Below, one piece after another: positions 59,735 through 64,000 of a stretch of DNA of 64,000 nucleotides (position 1 is the stretch's first letter; the number at the start of each line of letters is the position of its first letter). Where the stretch lies: the NCBI GenBank assembly GCA_902600475.1, contig CACKJM010000003.1, positions 24,034 through 88,033 on the forward strand, in the 5' to 3' direction. Position numbers and translations under genes: made by a program. The notes under the pieces are model-generated. The model saw only the letters and a list, made by a program, of their open reading frames with translations. It was not told the DNA's origin and ran no database searches. The stretch comes from an uncultured Prochlorococcus sp. Lineage in GTDB: Bacteria > Cyanobacteriota > Cyanobacteriia > PCC-6307 > Cyanobiaceae.

Positions 59735-60412
59735 CTAAAACTTTTTATTTTTTTTCTCTACTGACATTTTTGATTGGATTCTTTTTGCTTCTTTGATCAT
59801 TTCTTTGCCATCAAATAAGTAATTATCTACGTATCCTTGTGTATATCTATCAAATTCTGATAGCGCATCTTTAACTTGTGAAAAACAATGATAAAGATCT
59901 AGGCCTAAAGCTGAAATAGACTTTGGAACTATTTTTTTGTTATAAATTTTTTCAACTTTTTCTATTTTCTTTTGTGAAAGACTTATGTAGCTGCAAAAAT
60001 TTTCCATTAGTTGGTCATCATATGGATCTGCAGATAGTTCTTTTATTTCGTTTTTCAAAGGTTTAATTATTTGACTAATTAATCTATTGATCGGAGTGTA
60101 AATTTCTTGAATCCATGTTTCAACTTCTTTGTCTTTAATAGAAGAATTATATTTTTTTGAATTAAATTGCTCTTCCCAATTTTCATTTAATGAATCAAAT
60201 GATGAACTGGAAGAGAAAAAACTCCTATCGTATTGTTTTTTTTTGATAGGGTCTTTTAGAATTTCCCAAGCATTTTGTATTGCAAGAAATCGTTCTTTCT
60301 TGCCACCTGCATCAGGATGATGTTGCTTAACTAAAGAGCGATATGAAGATTTAATTTCAGTTCTGGTTGCATTTTTTTTGAGACCTAATTCTTCATATAA
60401 ATTTTTTTCCAT
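59735..60412 (-). CDS. J-domain (type III DnaJ) protein
   Basis: YEELGL...HHPD...AWEILKD, followed by LSADPYDD domain. Confidence 0.92.
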   Translation of the reverse strand: MEKNLYEELGLKKNATRTEIKSSYRSLVKQHHPDAGGKKERFLAIQNAWEILKDPIKKKQYDRSFFSSSSSFDSLNENWEEQFNSKKYNSSIKDKEVETWIQEIYTPINRLISQIIKPLKNEIKELSADPYDDQLMENFCSYISLSQKKIEKVEKIYNKKIVPKSISALGLDLYHCFSQVKDALSEFDRYTQGYVDNYLFDGKEMIKEAKRIQSKMSVEKKNKKF

Positions 60413-60428
60413 TTTTATAAATTATGCA

Positions 60429-61397
60429 TTAAAGATAACCATCTTTTCTGGCTTGAATTGAGGTATTAGATTCAAACATTGCTGTTGATAAATATCTTTC
60501 TCCAAAACTTGGAAGAATAACTATCAATCTTTTATTCATTAGTTCTTTTCTTTTACCGATTTTAATAGCTGCTGCTAAAGCTGCACCGCTGCTGATGCCA
60601 GATAAAAGACCTTCCAATCGAGCTAATAAACGCCCATAATAAAATGCTTCATCGTCATCTATTTTTAAAATTTCATCAATTAATTTGGTATTAAGTACTT
60701 TCGGTACGAAACCAGCTCCAATTCCTTGAATCGAATGAGATCCTGCTTTTTCTCCGGAAATTACAGCACTTTTTTTTGGCTCTACGGCATAAATTTTGCA
60801 ATTTGGATTAACTTTTTTCAAAAAACGTGCACAACCAGTAATTGTTCCTCCTGTGCCTACTCCTGTAACTAGTCCATCTAAATTGTTATTTGATTGGGAC
60901 CATATTTCTTGAGCCGTTGTTCTTTCATGAATATCTGGATTGGCAAAGTTTTCAAACTGATTAAATTGATAGCTATTTGCAATGGTTGAAGATAACTCAT
61001 TAGCTAAATCTAAAGCTCCTTTCATTCCTTCTTTCCCAGGTGTTAGCTGTAATTCAGCTCCATATGCTCTCAACATTGCTCTTCTCTCAATACTCATAGT
61101 ATCCGGCATAGTTAATATCAATTTATAGCCTTTTGCTGCGGCAACCATTGCTAATGCGATGCCAGTATTCCCACTAGTAGCTTCAATCAACGTTGTTTTA
61201 TCTGGTGTTATCAATCCTTCTTCTTCAGCTTTACATAACATTGAATAAGCGATTCTATCCTTAACGGAAGCTGATGGATTGAAACTTTCTAGTTTGGCTA
61301 TTATTTCTGGATAACAATCAAAATACTTTCTGATTCGATTTAATTTAACTAACGGAGTATTTCCAACTAAAGAAGTTATATCATTTGCTATTTCCAT
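60429..61397 (-). CDS. cysK: Cysteine synthase A
   Basis: NPSASVKDR, TSGNTG, GTGGT, IQGIG, GERYLST. Confidence 0.97.
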   Translation of the reverse strand: MEIANDITSLVGNTPLVKLNRIRKYFDCYPEIIAKLESFNPSASVKDRIAYSMLCKAEEEGLITPDKTTLIEATSGNTGIALAMVAAAKGYKLILTMPDTMSIERRAMLRAYGAELQLTPGKEGMKGALDLANELSSTIANSYQFNQFENFANPDIHERTTAQEIWSQSNNNLDGLVTGVGTGGTITGCARFLKKVNPNCKIYAVEPKKSAVISGEKAGSHSIQGIGAGFVPKVLNTKLIDEILKIDDDEAFYYGRLLARLEGLLSGISSGAALAAAIKIGKRKELMNKRLIVILPSFGERYLSTAMFESNTSIQARKDGYL

Positions 61398-61542
61398 GAA
61401 ATGATTTTTTAAAATGCAAAATAAATTCTCCTAAATTCATAATAATTGTATTTAAAGATCTTTTATATATTTCCCGAAAGAATTTAATTTAAATAACTTC
61501 TTGAGTAAAAATATTTATTATTATTAAGAGGTAGTTTTTATA

Positions 61543-61821
61543 ATGATTATGTATTCGCTGGAATTAAGCCTGAGATATTCACCTTTTCCTCTTTCAATTC
61601 AGAAGAAAGAATTAGAGGATGTTAAACGAATCTATGATGATATAAAAAGTTCTATGAATGAAACTTTAGAATCCTCAAATTTGATCGAATTAACGTGTGA
61701 TAAAGTGCAAGATAAATTAATTGCTGTAAGAGCTCAAGAAATCATTTCTGTTCAGATATATGAAAAATCTTCAGTAGCAGGAGGAGCTAAAAGACCAGGA
61801 TTTTCTCTCAACATAGATTGA
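61543..61821 (+). CDS. Conserved hypothetical protein
   Basis: PFPLSIQKK and terminal KRPGF; stop overlaps the next ORF start. Confidence 0.8.
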   Translation: MIMYSLELSLRYSPFPLSIQKKELEDVKRIYDDIKSSMNETLESSNLIELTCDKVQDKLIAVRAQEIISVQIYEKSSVAGGAKRPGFSLNID

Positions 61822-62504
61822 TAGAGTTAATGCGAGATTTCTTTGAAAATGACATACCTCATATTAAATTTAAAGATGTTTCTTTTTCATATCCTGGAAA
61901 AAAAGAAAATTTAATTTTCAAATGTAACTTATCAATAAAAAAACCTGGATTTTGGATGATCGTAGGTAAAAACGGGAGCGGAAAAAGTACTCTTTTAAAA
62001 TTAATTAGTGGAATAATCAAACCCAAAAATGGTTTCATTGAATCTAAAGCAAATATTGGCATGGTTTTTCAAAACCCTGATCATCAAATATTGATGCCAA
62101 ATTGCAGGAGTGAACTTCTGATAAATATTAATCAAAATATAAGTCAAAATGAAATTAATAAAAAAATTGAATACGTGCTTGATCAGGTAGGTATGACTGG
62201 TTTTGAAAAAAGACCAGTTCATACTTTGAGCGGTGGACAAAAACAACGCTTAACTATTGCTTGCGCTCTTATTAGTAATAGAAATTTTATTCTTTTAGAT
62301 GAGCCTACATCGTTACTTGATCAAACCAGCCAATTAAAAGTTTTACAAACTATTAAAAATCTTACAAATGACCATAAAAAACCTTTATCAGCTTTGTGGA
62401 TTACTCATCGTTATGAAGAGTTGACTTATGCTGATGCAGTAGCAGAGTTGAAAAATGGTTTTTTATCTAGCTGGCAAGAACCATCAAAATTTCAATATAA
62501 TTAA
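61818..62504 (+). CDS. ECF/CbiO-like ABC ATPase
   Basis: GKNGSGKST, VFQNPDHQ, LSGGQKQR, LDEPT, WITH. Confidence 0.9.
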   Translation: MIELMRDFFENDIPHIKFKDVSFSYPGKKENLIFKCNLSIKKPGFWMIVGKNGSGKSTLLKLISGIIKPKNGFIESKANIGMVFQNPDHQILMPNCRSELLININQNISQNEINKKIEYVLDQVGMTGFEKRPVHTLSGGQKQRLTIACALISNRNFILLDEPTSLLDQTSQLKVLQTIKNLTNDHKKPLSALWITHRYEELTYADAVAELKNGFLSSWQEPSKFQYN

Positions 62505-62553
62505 CCCTTGTACTTGTCATAAGGTACTTTAAAGAGCTAAATTCATTTTATGT

Positions 62554-62625
<72 letters not shown>

Positions 62626-62649
62626 TTTATAAATTCTAAAAAGTTAACC

Positions 62650-62677
62650 AAAGTCACCGTAAAAAGGTGACTTTTTT
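62650..62677 (+). terminator. Intrinsic terminator after tRNA-Asn
   Basis: AAAGTCACC-GTAAAAA-GGTGACTTT followed by a T run. Confidence 0.85.
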
Positions 62678-62950
62678 AATTTCTTGCTCTCTTTTTTGAC
62701 AAATAGTGGTTAGCCGAAGATGTGATTAAGTATATTTGATATAGTATTAATAACAGTATATAGAACATTAAACGTGATCAAATTTCAATTTATTATTGCA
62801 TAATACTAATTTGAGAAACTGTTTTTTAGAACAGTAATTAGAACAGTTGTTAAATTCTCCTTAAAATAATCTCTTTGATTGATTTTCATTTTTAAAAATA
62901 AGAAATATTTTTGTTTATATCATTTGAATTACTACAACATTCAGGAAATT

Positions 62951-63310
62951 CTAGTCATCCCACATATCCTTTTTCTCTTGATCCAAATTGTTCCTTTCAA
63001 GTAATTCTTTTCTTTGCTTCTGAGAATCTATTTCTGTTTCAATAACGTTTTTTTCGTCAATGTATTTTGTTTGTATTTCTAAGATATTTATTTCAAATTG
63101 TTCTCCAAAAAAATCTGACATTTCTCTCCACGCTTCCATTTCCTCTTCTTTGCCAATAGTATCGTTTATTTGATGAGAAATAATTTCTAATACATATTGT
63201 TTAAGTTCTTGATGACTCATCGATTCAACTTTTTTTTGAATGTATAGTTCTTTAAGAGTTTCTAGTTGTTTTTTTGATAAATCTGAATAGATAATAGACT
63301 TCTTTTTCAT
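62951..63310 (-). CDS. Hypothetical acidic helical protein
   Basis: ATG-initiated 119-aa ORF ending DMWDD; no family recognised. Confidence 0.78.
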   Translation of the reverse strand: MKKKSIIYSDLSKKQLETLKELYIQKKVESMSHQELKQYVLEIISHQINDTIGKEEEMEAWREMSDFFGEQFEINILEIQTKYIDEKNVIETEIDSQKQRKELLERNNLDQEKKDMWDD

Positions 63311-63446
63311 AGATACTTAAATTTTTATCAATATAGACAAAATTATGAGTTTAAACATTTTGAAAAAATTAACAATTCTAAACTTAGTTAATTCCTATTT
63401 GAAAACTGTAAATCTCCATTTAATTCAATTTTTCTTAACCTTAAAA

Positions 63447-63596
63447 ATGGCAATCTGAATTAGATATTCTTTCAATTTGAACCATTATTTGTTTCCAATA
63501 ATCCTTTGATTATTAAGAAAAAGTAAATAGAATCGAAAGAAATTCTAAAATTTCAACTTTTTAAAAATTTGCATTTTCTATCTAATCCATTGCCAT
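63447..63596 (+). ncRNA. Candidate structured RNA (sRNA or rpaA 5' leader)
   Basis: Five nested complementary segment pairs (listed in findings); G-U pairs work only on the + strand; no ORF seen. Confidence 0.4.
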
Positions 63597-63714
63597 CACA
63601 AACTTATTTGAGAAATCTAATTGATAAAATTGTTTACATTAATTCAGCAATCTTTATAAATTCTTGAGAGAATCGTATTACCAAAACTTAATTTTAATTT
63701 AATAGTTGATAAAT

Positions 63715-64000
63715 ATGAAAATTTCAATCCTTTTAATTGAAGATGATCGTGATATGCGTGATTTGGTGGCTAGGCATTTAGAACACTCTGGTTTCGATGT
63801 TCAAAAAGCGGAAGATGGAATTAAAGGACAAGCATTAGCTCTTCAATATTCACCAGACTTAATACTTTTGGATTTAATGCTACCAAGTGTAGATGGTTTA
63901 ACCTTATGCCAGCGACTAAGAAGAGATGAAAGAACATCAAACATACCAATTTTGATGATAACTGCGTTAGGCGGCCTTAAAGATAAAGTTACTGGGTTTA
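63715..64000 (+). CDS. rpaA: OmpR-family response regulator RpaA (3'-truncated by window edge)
   Basis: Hand translation [11 protein letters not shown]...[53 protein letters not shown] matches the RpaA receiver signature. Confidence 0.9.
   Translation, partial: MKISILLIEDDRDMRDLVARHLEHSGFDVQKAEDGIKGQALALQYSPDLILLDLMLPSVDGLTLCQRLRRDERTSNIPILMITALGGLKDKVTGF

Noticed and set aside
3013-62246. Many 60-157 aa ORFs antisense to or nested in clear genes (e.g. 3013-3300, 8018-8272, 23484-23807, 29754-30080, 31012-31485, 38433-38768, 52180-52530, 62001-62246)
   Set aside because: Shadow ORFs overlapping well-supported genes, with no motifs of their own.

Overview
AT-rich, very densely coded cyanobacterial chromosome segment. 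Gene content and order (smc, accC, psbX, ycf66, two hli genes, sufBCDS, pgm, ktrAB, nadB, rimO, petL, zds, ndhO, cysK, rpaA) and extreme compaction fit the core genome of a high-light Prochlorococcus marinus (inference). About 75 CDSs are supportable, including four small genes below the ORF-track cutoff (a 56-aa and a 58-aa membrane protein, an hli, petL). There are two tRNAs: Leu with an unusual AAG anticodon, and Asn-GTT. I found no integrase, transposase, prophage or CRISPR array. The observations most worth following up are: (1) a nested ~150-nt stem-loop upstream of rpaA that looks like a + strand structured RNA; (2) a co-oriented cluster of tandem PTPS-II-type synthase, RibD_C reductase, GNAT and DUF4346 that may be an uncharacterised pterin pathway; (3) the A34 tRNA-Leu(AAG); (4) an RHH regulator with operator-like repeats next to a core-less Nif11-type leader gene; (5) a +1 frameshift in an LpxB-like gene. 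All family calls are by eye from motifs; no searches or folding programs were run.
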